Positions 37,920 through 51,048 are shown, numbered from the whole stretch's first letter. The stretch is DNA of 63,002 nt, filler included, from Basidiobolus ranarum (GCA_040143965.1; 47 parts of 47 records of this genome joined end to end with filler, not necessarily neighbours in it), one strand, 5' to 3'. The notes: generated by a model not told the origin, from the sequence alone. A program made the numbers and translations.

Positions 37920-38249
37920 AGTATGTTTGGAGCTCATCACAAGTGGCTAGGAGAACTAGAAGAATTGATAGTTTTTCACTTATGGATTTCTTGACTTGAA
38001 AGCTCACATTTATAGTTTTGTAATGACTAGAAGCAAAAAACATGTAGAATATCTTAAGGAATGTTCAGGAGCTTGGGTGAAGAGTTTGGGACTTCTAGCA
38101 CAAGGTTGAAAAAGATCAGTATATCAGAGTACTTCTAAGTGTTAAAGTATTTTGGCAGCCTGTGGGAAGTGGTTTGGAGAGTTAGTGAAAACCACTAATT
38201 CTTTTTGTTCTCCAAGCCACTTCCAACCAACTCCCAAAATGCTTCAATA
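37920..38249. mobile_element. Nested, decayed LTR family A remnants
   Basis: Matches to family A in both orientations. Confidence 0.6.
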
Positions 38250-39122
38250 ATACCTTACTTTGTGAACATAGAATTATTTGAAATCATATTAAAGGGAATA
38301 ATCATTAACATGAAAGCTAGGGACCTACACTTTGGGTATTAAGCTATGAAGGAAAAGGTGGTCAGAGGGATGATTATAAAATGAAGAAATTACACTACAT
38401 ACTTCTTCAGAGATAATGATATATATAATAAAGCTACTCTTAGAATATTTATGTTAAATGAGCAATTCTGGAGCTGACCTAAACAACTTTGATAAATTTT
38501 GTTCAAATCATAACATTTCCAAAGCTTCCCACATACAGACAACCAAAGCTATATTGGCCTTAAAGTTTACTTATGCACACTAACACTCTCCTATTCGAAA
38601 TCAACCAAGATATTGAAATTTGGATTATATCAATAAATATGGAATTGACTTTCCCATTAATAGCTAAATATAGCATGAATAAAAGTAATGATGTAGAAAG
38701 AATTAAGGTATGTAAGAATTAGTTCATGCACACTATATATAGCACAAGTATTCCATTATGAAACATGAAGAGTACAACAATGCACAGCCCTTGGTGATAT
38801 AAATACATCCACTATCCGCCATTAGGAACTAATGAGCAATAGAGATGAATCGGAGATGGTTCGGTGCTATTTAGTAATTTNNNNNNNNNNNNNNNNNNNN
38901 NNNNNNNNNNNNNNNNNNNNNNNNTTAATTAATTAANNNNNNNNNNNNNNNNNNNNNNNNNNNNNNNNNNNNNNNNNNNNTGCATTATTTTGCTGAGAAT
39001 TAGGTCTCCTTTAGTCCTAATTTAGAAGCTTAGCACAAACATATTTCATTGGCAATGGCACTGGTCTTGTTCCCTAGGGCAATTAAAAGGTTCCCCAATT
39101 TGTCTGACTGGTTCCACAGTAG

Positions 39123-40221
39123 TGTTATACTTAATGAAATTTGGTAAATAGCAAATCATTCTATAGTAGTTTACTTATTAATATTCTGATTATTCAGCAC
39201 TCAATTCTGCTATTTAAAATGTGTGTTTATTGCTCTACCTTATAGGAATATCAATTAGATCACTGTTACCATTCTGATTATTTTCTCAAATCTTCCTCAA
39301 ATCACCACAAATCTCCACCCATGCTCAACAGGCATGTTTGTTATGATTTAAGCCTATGCAACAGTCCTACTTTATAGTACACTCTCACTGGGACATATTC
39401 AATTCAATAAAACTTAAGTGTCTACTTTTCAAATCCAAATCTTGTCCAATACACTTCTTAATCCCCCAAAACACTTTTATTGGGTTATGAGCCCCAAGTC
39501 AACTGTTTAAGGAATGTCTACCAGTAATATTACCAATGTTTTGCATCCACAGATAAGTTTGATGGTGAGGACTTTCCTCTTTGGAAGTTCAAGATGCAAA
39601 TAGTGCTAGAAGATAAAGATCATTGAGGATTTGTTGTGCGAGAAGAAATAGAGCTAACAGGCTCACCAGAAGCTATCCTTGCCTTTGACAAGGATCTGTG
39701 GTAATTTGTTGCACAAGGAAAAATAGAGCCTAATGGACCACCAGAAGTTTATCTTGCCTTTCACAAGAAGCAGAGGAAAGTACTCTCAGCACTTTGTCTA
39801 TATCTCCAAGACTCACAATTGAAGCACATGAAATCTGCAAGAAAATTCCAAAATGTTTGGGAAACATTTGAGGGACTATGTATGAATGAAATTCTGGCCA
39901 AAAGGCTATATCTTTGACAAAAAATATACTTTGTTGAGCTATATGCTGATGATTGTACAGCAAATGTTTTTAATTGGATGAAAACAATGTCAGATCCATT
40001 CTCATCCATTTGAGCACTTCTGATTGAAAATGACTTAGTTGTGACACTACTTGGGAGCCTGGCAGACAAGGTTAGGAATCAAGATCAGAGCCATTAACAA
40101 CAGAATATGTTGGTAATAGGCTTTTGAATAAGGAATCAATTAGAAATAATTCTCTGCAAAGTAATGCAGATCAGGCTTTTGTTAGAGCTGTTCAACATCC
40201 AAAAGTCTTCAATAATGGAGC
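39123..40221 (+). mobile_element. Copia LTR family D, PBS and decayed gag
   Basis: LTR similar to 21321-21427; GGTTATGAGCCCC at about 39483; KFDGEDFPLWKFKMQIVLEDK. Confidence 0.82.
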
Positions 40222-40445
40222 NNNNNNNNNNNNNNNNNNNNNNNNNNNNNNNNNNNNNNNNNNNNTTAATTAATTAANNNNNNNNNNNNNNNNNNNNNNN
40301 NNNNNNNNNNNNNNNNNNNNNATATAAGACTGCATCTGAACACAAAATCTAAGGCCAATTAGTTGCATTTATAGCTGAAATGCAAAAGTACCATATGTTG
40401 ACAGACTAGGTTAAGGTTCCCTAGCAATATAGGCATAGCATACAA

Positions 40446-40518
40446 GGACTGGTAGCTCAGTGGTTAGATCACCTTGCTAGAGTGAAGGAGGTCCCAGGTT
40501 CAAATCCTAGCCAGACCA
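40446..40518 (+). tRNA. tRNA-like sequence inside LTR family T (LTR fragment 40322 to about 40542)
   Basis: 73 nt with A and B boxes; near-identical to 57545-57617. Confidence 0.7.
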
Positions 40519-40542
40519 ATATTTCTCCCTAAATAATTTCAA

Positions 40543-41415
40543 TCAAAATGTCACTTTATTGGATCTGTGTGAAGATGGCATATATGGAAAACATCACAGA
40601 CAGCCATTTTCAGGCTATGAAGAGATCATATGCACTCAGAATTTTGCCTTGATTCACTCTGACCTATGTGGGCCCATAAAAAATGTCTCACTAGGAGGGA
40701 AAAGATACTTTACGACCTTTGTTGATGAAAAAACAAGATATACTTGGGTATTCTTTCTCAAATCAAAATCACAATCATTAACTAAGTTCAAGCACTACAA
40801 TGCAATGGTAGAGAAAGAATCAGCACAAGAACAACGGTACAAAGGAGTGATAATGGTGGAAAATACTGCTCAAAAGACTTTGCGAATTTTTGTTCTAAAC
40901 ATGGAATTAAGCAACAAATACTGTACCTTATGTTCAACAGCAAAATGGAGTTTCACAACATGCTAATAAGTCCACAGTGGAGATGGCAAGATCAATGTTA
41001 AATGTTTGAAAGTTAGATTCCAATATTGGGTTGAATCTGTCTCCACTGAAGTCTATATCAAAAACAGATGCCCAACAAGATTGCTACAAATTTATACTTC
41101 ATTGGAAGCCCTATATGGATCAAAACTAAGTGTGGATCATCTCAGGATCTTTGGTTGCACAGCATATTGCCTAATTCCAGCTCAAAAATGCTCTAAATTG
41201 AAACCCAACAGCAGAAATGCATATTTCTTGGTTACTATAATGGATCCAAGGCCTGCAGACTTTTTGCTACCAAAAATTAGAAGTTAATCAAGTTCAGAGT
41301 TGTGATTTTTGATGAAAAAGCAAACATTTCACCTCAAATCACCATTCTCAATCCAGAAAACACAATCAGCACTATTCTGGCAGTGTCTGATGAATTTCCA
41401 GCTGCATCTGAGCCC
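40543..41415 (+). mobile_element. Ty1/copia integrase, degenerate
   Basis: LIHSDLCGPI, FTTFVDEKTRYTWVFFLK, HLRIFGCTAY. Confidence 0.92.
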
Positions 41416-41662
41416 TGTTATGCACCAACATACAAAGTTGTTTAACTTACGCCATATCTATACAACTTGCATGAATATCTGTTTAGTTTATCATTCTCAC
41501 TAACTAGTCATCTGACCTTATCCAGTGACTTTATCATGTGACCTATCACCTGACTAACTATCNNNNNNNNNNNNNNNNNNNNNNNNNNNNNNNNNNNNNN
41601 NNNNNNTTAATTAATTAANNNNNNNNNNNNNNNNNNNNNNNNNNNNNNNNNNNNNNNNNNNN

Positions 41663-42380
41663 AATCTTTATCTAGAATATAGCCAATTAGCTAGGCTTTC
41701 AGTCTCATAGAGTCCCTTAAGTGTTTTCCAAGTATTCAGGATGTTTTTGGTTGAGTGTATGTGCCTCAATTGAGAGTCTCTGAGATGTAGGCAAAGCTCA
41801 AAGAGTGCTTTCCTGTGCTTCTTGTAAAAGACATGGATAATTCTGGTGGTCTCTTTGACTTGATTTCTGCTCCTTTAACAAATCCTCAAAGGCCTTTGTC
41901 TTCTAGCACCACTTGCATCTTGATCTTCCAAAATATGAAAACCTTCACCATCAAGCTTCTTTTAGATGTAAAAATACTTGTAAAATATCTGGTAGAAATT
42001 CCATAAACAGCCAGCTGGGGGTTATACCCAACATAACTGTTCAGGGGATTTGGAAGTGTTTTGGGCAAGTTTTGGATTTGGATTCAGAAACTTATGTTTT
42101 ATTGAATTGAATGTGTACTATTTACAGTTTGCTATAAAATAGAGCTATCTGATGTGCTTAGATCATCACAAACATTCTTTTAGAGTATGGGTAAGAATTT
42201 GAGGTGAGTTGGAGAAGTTATGAGACAACACTGAAATTTGGTAAAAGTGATTTATTTAATTATTCTATCAGTTGAAGCAGTAAACACATGTTTTTCAACA
42301 ACAGAGGTGACTGCTAAATAAACAGAATATAAATAAACTAACCACTAAATAATGAGTGGCTATTCACCTAATTTTAAAAT
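41663..42380 (-). mobile_element. Copia gag start and LTR family D
   Basis: WKIKMQVVLEDKGL; reverse-complement similarity to 39123-39650. Confidence 0.75.
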
Positions 42381-42448
42381 ACATTGTTCTAATTGATATA
42401 TATCAATTAGATTACTTTTATCAAAATTCACTACTTTCGCAAAACATC

Positions 42449-42903
42449 TCCTAACAAAAATTAAATCAATTTGATCCAAATTGGATCCATCCTTCTGGAT
42501 TGCAAAACCATCAGAGAACTGTTACAATATTGGTGGCTTTCATTCTGCCAGAGATTTTGATGATGAGAGAGTGGCATTTTGATGGTATTTTCATGGTATT
42601 TATACATGGTAAATATTGATTCTCATATTTGGAATGTGTTATATAATCTCTGACAATTTAAAAAAAAAACTAATTGTCAAATGGCAAGTTACTGGGTTTA
42701 CTGCTGTAGGAATTTGAAATAACAAACAGACTTTTATTTAGATATCTTAGGCTTTGTACTCCAGCCATAATATGAATCAAAAATACAAGAATCTTGTTAT
42801 GTTTAGTCTCTACCTATCCACATATTTGACTGATCAGACAAAACTCTACAACATCTATATGCCTAACCAGCAAATTGCTGGTGGAAAAATCATGACACAT
42901 CCA
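42449..42903 (-). mobile_element. Right end of the CCCTAAC transposon (older copy)
   Basis: TCCTAACAAAAATTAAATC..., colinear with 517-960. Confidence 0.75.
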
Positions 42904-43003
42904 NNNNNNNNNNNNNNNNNNNNNNNNNNNNNNNNNNNNNNNNNNNNTTAATTAATTAANNNNNNNNNNNNNNNNNNNNNNNNNNNNNNNNNNNNNNNNN
43001 NNN

Positions 43004-44054
43004 CTTGCAAAAGATATGTTTTCCAACTCCAAAAAGAGACACTTTCTCAGAATTCTTTTCCAAATTCTTACTTCTGAGGTGTTGATCCATTAGTCTTCCC
43101 ATCACAAACTCCAAAGATAACTTGTCAAATCTTGCTTCCAAAGCTGCAACCAAGTATGAATACAGCTCTGGTAGACTACTTAGAAGTATAATATTGCCAT
43201 CTTCTTCTTGTAAAGTTGCTCCAATATTTTCCAGATGTTTTGCCAAAGATCTCACATTTGCAATATGAGTAATCATGCTCTCAGACTTTTCCATATCTGT
43301 ATTGAAGAATTTTTGTCTGAGAAAGAGTCAATTAGCAAGACTCTTTGCTTCATAACACTCTTCCAATATAGTCCAAGCTTGAAGGGAAGTCTTAGAATAT
43401 TGAATATTCACAAGTTGTGAATCCTTCAAACTTTGACAAATGACATTAATGGCCTTCTTGTCTCTTTTCTTGGAAGCTTCCAATAAAGAAGGGTCATAAG
43501 GTTCCTTTTCATCTCCAGAGACTACATCCCAAACTCCCTGTCTTCCAGCACAATATTCATCTTGAACTTTCAGAAATTGTAATTTTCTCCATCAAGCTTT
43601 TCAACACTTGAGTTGCTAAAATTGATAGTGGTGGTTTCTGGCATGCTGTAAAGTTTAGAACCTGGGCTCACAACCTATTGGGAAATTATGGGCTGTTTGG
43701 AGGATCTTTAGAAAAGTGGAGTTATTAATAGCTTTTGTAAGACGATTATTTATTGTCCCGAAATGAAGAATTTATACATTTTGGTGGAAATGCAGAGAAC
43801 TAACATTGGGTTTGTGTGCAGAACATCTGTGGGAGTAAGATGATCTACTTTTGGAGCAATTTGGATGTGAATAAAATTTTCAATATGGAAATGTTAATAC
43901 TCACATTATTCACATATATAAAAGATATATGTTCTAATATCCAGTGAGGTGATATTTGATTTAGTATTCTTAACTAACTTATATGTGATATATGAAATAG
44001 TAAGTTGTATAAAGATAGAGATAACAAATATGATAAAGATAATTGATTTCAACA
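43004..44054 (-). mobile_element. Copia family C 5' end: LTR, PBS, gag
   Basis: Minus strand reads TGTTGAAATC LTR, GGTTGTGAGCCC, KLDGENYNF*KFKM, LLSSLPELY. Confidence 0.88.
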
Positions 44055-44244
44055 GATCTCTCCATCACTGTGTTGATTATCAATGCCTGAATAGCATTAC
44101 AGTGAAAACTTGGTACCCCATGCCATTAATCAACTCTCTCTTGGATCATGTGGGTTCAGCCAAGAAATTTGCAAAAATTGATTTAGGAGATGCTTACAAC
44201 CTTGTAAGAATCAAGCCAGGAGACCAGTGGAATACTGCCTTTTG
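44055..44244 (+). mobile_element. Ty3/gypsy RT fragment (target of the copia insertion)
   Basis: CVDYQCLNSITVKTWYPMPLI...FAKIDLGDAYNLVRI...WNTAF. Confidence 0.9.
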
Positions 44245-44364
44245 NNNNNNNNNNNNNNNNNNNNNNNNNNNNNNNNNNNNNNNNNNNNTTAATTAATTAA
44301 NNNNNNNNNNNNNNNNNNNNNNNNNNNNNNNNNNNNNNNNNNNNCTGCCTGTGTGTCAGAATAC

Positions 44365-45585
44365 TTACAAAGACGCGCTAGAACCAAAATATAGTGACAA
44401 ACAGGAATGCATATTCACACAGATAGGTTCGGGCTGAATATGAGGAGTTCCAAAAGTGCTAACACTAGGCGTGGGATATTCATTGGAATAGTCGCATCCT
44501 TCTTGATGCATTCCTAATTTGAGCAATCTACTGAACGCACTAACTGTGCGTCTTCTGGCCGAATGGGATGCCGAGTTGTACCCAGGGGTGGGAGATATAG
44601 CATTCGAACAGTTAGTGATATTAGTATGTCCGGTCATATTGGTAGTGGCTGTGTTGGCAGTTGTTTGGGTGTCAGTTGACATATGTGAAGTGGTAGACTT
44701 TATTGTAGTGACTGATCCACTTCGCACCTTTCGTTTACGCCTAGTACACTTGAGCTTCATATCGGTTTCTTTTTTGACTTCAATGCCTATAGCAGAGAGG
44801 GTTTGTTTAATATTGTGGAAAATTTCGATGGGTGCCCGTGAGGTAACAGCATTTTGATCAATGGCTCCTCTATGCATACGCAGTGTTGATTCCTGAAACA
44901 TGGAGATACTGCCGCGGTGTCCAGAGATAGGTAAGGAGTTGTGCTGATACGTCGCACCATGCTGACTACCGAGTGATTTTTTGCGGAACCAATCCATGAC
45001 CTTTTTAGCAGCGTTAGAACTCATTGATTTGTGTTTGGCGGATGCATCTTGATTATCAAAATTCCCAACGAGAGTGGAAGGGAACGCACTCTTCACCACC
45101 TTGCGTTTTTCAACTCTGGCAGTAATTTCATCCATTTTGGGAGTGATATCTAAAGCCACAAGGGTTTGAGAATTAACTGCAGGACTATTCCTGGCCTCAT
45201 GATTTCTATGTGAGTTAGAGTCAATAAAACGACCACGACTTTCTTCATATGAGGTGATTGCTGAAGGTGAATCTGCAGACATTTGGTTTGTGTTTTGTGA
45301 GAAATGAATTGTAGTGGGCCGAATACGGCTATGACTTTTAGGCTTTCGAATTGAACTGTAAGGGGTATCAGTAATATAATTTTCATCAAATGCAGAAAAT
45401 ATCTTCATAGGAGTTTTTTGGGGTTCTCGAGATTTAAACTCAATAGCCGTTGAACCATCGCTTTCGTCCTCATTAGCCTCTACAATATTGTTGAGCTGTA
45501 CCTCTGTCATCTCTGGACTCGACCGATTGTGTGCTGGAGCTTGATCATACTCAACTTGAATCGTATGTCTTTTTGGTGGTCTGGC
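44365..45585 (-). CDS. C-terminal region of a fungal Kin4/KfsA-like Ser/Thr kinase (KA1-like tail); partial
   Basis: Open from the contig edge: KRHTIQVEY, AKKVMDWFRKKS, LRMHRGAIDQNAVTSRAP.EIF...L..IGI.V...KLKCTR. CpG is retained. The catalytic domain is not in the contig, and the 3' end may be spliced near 44420. Confidence 0.65.
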   Translation of the reverse strand, partial: ARPPKRHTIQVEYDQAPAHNRSSPEMTEVQLNNIVEANEDESDGSTAIEFKSREPQKTPMKIFSAFDENYITDTPYSSIRKPKSHSRIRPTTIHFSQNTNQMSADSPSAITSYEESRGRFIDSNSHRNHEARNSPAVNSQTLVALDITPKMDEITARVEKRKVVKSAFPSTLVGNFDNQDASAKHKSMSSNAAKKVMDWFRKKSLGSQHGATYQHNSLPISGHRGSISMFQESTLRMHRGAIDQNAVTSRAPIEIFHNIKQTLSAIGIEVKKETDMKLKCTRRKRKVRSGSVTTIKSTTSHMSTDTQTTANTATTNMTGHTNITNCSNAISPTPGYNSASHSARRRTVSAFSRLLKLGMHQEGCDYSNEYPTPSVSTFGTPHIQPEPICVNMHSCLSLYFGSSASL

Positions 45586-45719
45586 NNNNNNNNNNNNNNN
45601 NNNNNNNNNNNNNNNNNNNNNNNNNNNNNTTAATTAATTAANNNNNNNNNNNNNNNNNNNNNNNNNNNNNNNNNNNNNNNNNNNNCCACGCCGATCTTCC
45701 GCACTCACAACCAACGATG

Positions 45720-46926
45720 CCCACTTTGTTCCCTGCAACAAGTCAATTGATGCAAAACAAACAGCAGAATTGGTAACTCAAAACATTTTCCTCCTACATG
45801 GACTCCCTCAAACTATCATATCTGACCAAGGACCTCAGTTTGCCTCCAAGTTTGGGAAAAGTCTCCTTCATACCTTAGGTATCTATGCCAATCACTTGAC
45901 CGCCTTCCATCCCCAATCTGATGGCCAAACAGAAAGAGTCAATCAAGTTTTGGAACAATATTTGCAATGCACTATTAACTATGATCCTGATAATTGGACA
46001 CAACTCTTACCTCTTGCTGAATTTGCTTACAACTCTTATCATATCTCAACAAGGCAAACCCCTTTCTTTGCAAATTATTGATTCCATCCTTATTTCACAA
46101 TTCACCCACCATTAACAAATATGGCCCACTTTGTGCCCTGGAACAAGTCAATTGATGCAAAGCAAACAGCAGAATTGATAACTCAAAACATCTTCTGCCA
46201 ACATGGACTCCCTGAAAGTATCGTCTCTGACCAAGGACCTCAGTTTGCTTCCAAATTCCGGAACAGTCTCCTCCATACCTTGGGTATGTCTGCCAATCTC
46301 TCCACTGCTCTCCATCCTGAATTGGATTGCTAAACAGAAAGAGTTAATCAAGTTTTGGAACAATGTTTGAGATGCACTATCAACTATGATCAGGATAATT
46401 GAATACAACTCTTACCTCTTGCTGAATTTGCTTACAACAACTCTTATCATATCTCAACAAAGCAAACTTCTTTCCTTGCAAATTATGGATCCCATCCATG
46501 TTTCACAGTTCCCCCACCATCCAATCTATGTTGCCATGCTGTCTCAGTCCATGCCATTTTCCTTAAGGATATCCATAAGCAATTACTATCTTAGTTGGAG
46601 CATGCTCAATCCCAATACAAGAACTTTGCTGATAAGAAAAGAAAGCCAAGCCAGGTCTTAAGCCAGGAGATTATGTTTGGCTACTCCAGAAAAATATCAA
46701 AACTACTAGACCTTGTGATAAACTTGATCATAAAAGACTAGGGCCTTTCAAGATTATTGTGCAAATTACTTCAGTAGCCTTCTGCCAAGAACTTCCAGCC
46801 CATTTCAAAGTCCACAATGTATTCCATGTGTCTCTCTTAGAACCACATGCCAGAATCACCTTCCAGGGCAAATCCATTGACCCACCCCCAGCAATTCACG
46901 TTGAAGAACACCCTGAATATGAAGTT
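45720..46926 (+). mobile_element. Ty3/gypsy (chromovirus-type) integrase with an internal duplication
   Basis: HGLPQTIISDQGPQF, FHPQSDGQTERVNQVLE, LGPF, VHNVFHVSLL and EYEV (chromodomain start). Confidence 0.92.
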
Positions 46927-47026
46927 NNNNNNNNNNNNNNNNNNNNNNNNNNNNNNNNNNNNNNNNNNNNTTAATTAATTAANNNNNNNNNNNNNNNNNN
47001 NNNNNNNNNNNNNNNNNNNNNNNNNN

Positions 47027-48267
47027 TTGTCTTTCTCGGCTAATGCAAGGCGAGCACCAGATGTTCAGGTAGGAAAGATCTCCAATACTGATGCATCGAA
47101 AGTATAGTTGGCGAATTGCAATACTACATCTTGTGTGGTCAAATTCCATGTACCTTGTAAGCCAAATAACAGGTTAACTACTGCATAATGCTCGATCATC
47201 ACACCCTTTGGCGTTCCCGTGGAGCCAGAAGTATACAATACATAGCATAAATTCGACTCGGTATGTTCATTAACAACTGGATTATTGGTAGGGTTACATT
47301 CAATACTCTCCGCGTCTTCATCCATCAGTATCAATGAAACTCCATTAAATGTCTGCTTGTATTGTGAAATGGTAACCACCACCTGAGCATTTGTCTCCTC
47401 CATAATGAAGTCATTTCTTACTGATGGGTTGTTTGGATCCAGTGGAACATAAGCACCACCAGCTTTAAGAACAGCCAGGATAGCAACAATCATGAAGACT
47501 GACTTGTCGAGGCAAAGTGGCACCATTGTTTCTGGACCAACTCCGAGAATGATCAAATGGTGAGCCAATTGATTGGCACGTTGATTGAGTTCAGCGTAGG
47601 TGACATATTCTGATGTTTCAAATTGTACGGCTATGTTGTTGGGGTGAAGCGCAACTGCTTGTTCAAACATAGTGTGTAAGCATATTGGATTTGGTTGAGA
47701 ATGTTTGATGCTGCTCCAACTTTGAACCAATTGCTCTTCATTTGATGTAATGATACTCAAGTCATCGACCAAAACACTGGGATCCTGTACTACCCTTTTC
47801 ATAGCAGTCACAAAGTGATTTAGTAGCCAACCAGATTCATCTTGGTCGATTTCATTAGAGTTGTATCTAAGGGATATTTCATGACTTGTTCCATCGGAAG
47901 ATAATTCAATCACTACAGGAAACTCCATATTCATCGTAGATTGGTAGCTCTTTAACCCTACAGAACTGAATTTTCCGGTAGAGTCCGTGGATGCCAAATT
48001 CTGAATAGCTAAAAGAGTATCGAAAGGCATTTTGGATCCAACGGTACTGCAGGATTGTATAATATCTTTCATACCGATAGCTTGATGTTCATATTGTCCT
48101 AGTTGAGCTCTGTGAATGCCAATCATCGAATCTAGGATAGACGCGGTATCATTCAGTGTTACCCGTATCGGAAGTGTGTTTATACAAGGCCCACATATTT
48201 CGTGAATATGATTGAGAGGAATGCTTCTACCAGAATCAACAATGCCAAATAGCACATCTGAATTTCC
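47027..48267 (-). CDS. Multimodular NRPS fragment (end of C domain + A domain), intronless, with an in-frame TGA at 47065-47067
   Basis: FGIVDSGR, GPCINTLP, TYAELNQRANQLA (A1), LKAGGAYVPLD (A2), YTSGSTGTPKG (A3), FDASVLEIF (A4). The frame continues TSGARLALAEKD after the stop. Confidence 0.92.
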
Positions 48268-48539
48268 NNNNNNNNNNNNNNNNNNNNNNNNNNNNNNNNN
48301 NNNNNNNNNNNTTAATTAATTAANNNNNNNNNNNNNNNNNNNNNNNNNNNNNNNNNNNNNNNNNNNNTAGAAACAGCTTATAATAAACCAAAATTGCCAT
48401 CCATTACCGGAAATATCTTGTAAATCCCCTGATGACTCATCTGTGACACCATCTCAGAATCAGCTGATGATATTGATGGGCTATACCTAAAATACCACCC
48501 TTATGTGGGAGGTGTTCTTTTTTCTACAATATCCTTCTC

Positions 48540-49575
48540 ATGCCACAACACAAATGTTTAAAGAAGCCCTGCTATTATTGTTGCAAATTCTTGTGCTATG
48601 AAAGCCAGAGGCTTCATAGAAAAAATAATCACAAGCATGGTCACTGTACAAAGCCACCAGCTGCACAAAGCCTGGTGTATAACAACAGTAATAAGTGCAC
48701 TAAATCAACTTTAGTTTTGCCTATTGAGTCCACTGACTGTAGTTTGCCTCAAAGTTTTGGTAACACTGCCAAAAGTCAAGATACCATGGAGTTACCACAG
48801 TTATATGACCAGAATGATGTAGGTCAAAATGCAACTTTGGTCAAACCAGTAAGTCCAGACAACTTTGAGGACTTGCTGCTAGATGTTGACCTTGGTTATT
48901 CCAGTACCAATGGTAGTATATCAGAAGTTGAGGAAGATGATGATGGTTTTATTACAGACTCTTTGTTATTGGCAAAAATTAGTCCACTCATAACACTTAC
49001 TGTAATGGAAGCAGCTTTGATTATTGAGGAGTGGAGAGTTCAATCTAATCTTAGCAACCAGGTGTTTATTGGTTTTCTTACACTTTTACCACAGTTGATT
49101 GGCAACTGTTGCTTGCCACAGACCTGGTACAAGTGGAAAACACTTGTCAACCATATGACTTATAATCCTTCAGTTACCAAACTACCTCTGTGTCCAAATG
49201 GTTTTTTGGCTTTCACCGGTGATCTGAAAAACCTGAAGTCCTGTACTGTTAGGACACAATTGGCAATCACCAAATCAGGTAAATACTATTCATACTTGGC
49301 TTACATACCATTGATACCCATCTTAAAGTTTTGATGAAATCACCCAAATATAGATCATCAATCCAATACCAAAGTACTCACTTTAAAGCTGATGGTATTA
49401 CTGAGATACTTGATGGATATCACTACCAGAATTGGAAAAGTCAAGGTTTCTTTGAGAACACATATGATCATGCATTTGCATTGGTCTGGATGGTTTCTCA
49501 CTAAGCAAATATACCATTGGAAAGGCTTGCTGGCCAATAATTTTAACAACTTGAATCTTCCTCCTTCTGAAAGGT
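48540..49575 (+). pseudogene. CACTA/CMC-type transposase 5' half, degenerate
   Basis: Same N-terminus as 3087..3935; LCPNGFLAFTG...SCTV, YIPLIP, and LDGF after a frameshift. Confidence 0.8.
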
Positions 49576-49708
49576 GTAGTTGGCTTAGGGGGTAAGCAGC
49601 AGCTATATNNNNNNNNNNNNNNNNNNNNNNNNNNNNNNNNNNNNNNNNNNNNTTAATTAATTAANNNNNNNNNNNNNNNNNNNNNNNNNNNNNNNNNNNN
49701 NNNNNNNN

Positions 49709-50637
49709 TGGCTTCAGAAGTCTGCAAGAAAATATACAATAAGACTCATGAGGATAGAAAGCATGAATTGAGAAATAGGAATTTGATTTTGAGCCCACAA
49801 AGACACAATTCCAATGGTTTTTTTGCTTGTATGAACTAGAAGCAACCAATGCAGCCTCAACTTTAGAGACAAAAGTTGTTCTAAATAGATATCTACCACT
49901 ACTCAATGAGAGTTTGCAGCACCTTTTGATGGAGGTAGCAGAGTTCAAAACAACATTTCAGGACACTATGGCAACAGTAATGAACAGAGGTGTAAAGAGA
50001 AAAGCAAGACAATTAATAGAATCAGAAGATATTCCCAAAGGCAAATTGGAGCAGTCTAGACTATTGCAGAGACATAATAGATCACTCCAAATCAAAGAGA
50101 CTCCTGATGAGGTCTCTATTTCACAAGAAGAATCTACATAAGTCACCACTAGAATTGAGATAACACCTCCAACAAGGGCAAGAGCCCAACAAGTGGCTTT
50201 GTCACCTAGTGGTACAAATTGACAGTAATGCCAGCTTGGAAGAGTCCATGATATTTCTCCCATTTTTGATGAGGTGCAAGCAGTTGATGAAGAACCAGCA
50301 AGAGGACAGCCCACATTCTCACACATTGTAGCACATGATTTACCTGATTCAACCAAAGAAACTAGTGAACTTTTTACATGTGGAGAAGAGTCAGCTCCAA
50401 GGAGCATGCCACAAGAAAGACATACCGGTTTAATGCATACTACTGCACAACAGCAACAAAGGCCAACTGCAAGAATTAATGAACCTTCCACTTTGTTTGA
50501 TGAAGATCTGACACCTGAGTGCAATCTACTAAGATAGTGATGCGTTACAATGCATACCCCCACAAGAACAAGACAACAGGTGTTTGAGAGAGATAGTGAA
50601 GCTCTTACTGAGCTTGGAGAAGCCACAACAGTCAAAC
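49709..50637 (+). pseudogene. Accessory ORF remnant of the CACTA-like element
   Basis: Links the homologies to 8081-8300, 25040-25456 and 27840-28142. Confidence 0.5.
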
Positions 50638-50948
50638 TGTCATGATTCTGATCTTGGCATACTAATCCACTACAAATAGAACTTCTCTATTATTAGAATA
50701 TGACATCATATCTGCTGTGCCATCCCTTCTTGGCAATTTAGTGTCAGTTCATCCAGATTACCTTATATTGAAATCATGTTCTTTGGAACATTCCATGAAA
50801 CCTAACCAATCATGTCATCTCACACATAGTGTATTTACGCCAAGACCTTCCATGGAAGGTCACCTGATCATCCTTACATCATCCTTACATCATCCCTCTT
50901 TGTATTGGTCCTTGTAGTCCCTAACACCCCAACTCTCAAACTTGCCAC
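50638..50948 (+). mobile_element. LTR family B
   Basis: TGTCATGATTCTGATC start; matches 31736 onward. Confidence 0.75.
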
Positions 50949-51048
50949 NNNNNNNNNNNNNNNNNNNNNNNNNNNNNNNNNNNNNNNNNNNNTTAATTAA
51001 TTAANNNNNNNNNNNNNNNNNNNNNNNNNNNNNNNNNNNNNNNNNNNN

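Noticed and set aside
25918-48267. Apparent co-location of NRPS, NRPS-like, lysozyme and kinase genes as a gene cluster
   Set aside because: They lie on separate contigs ordered only by length; adjacency carries no information.
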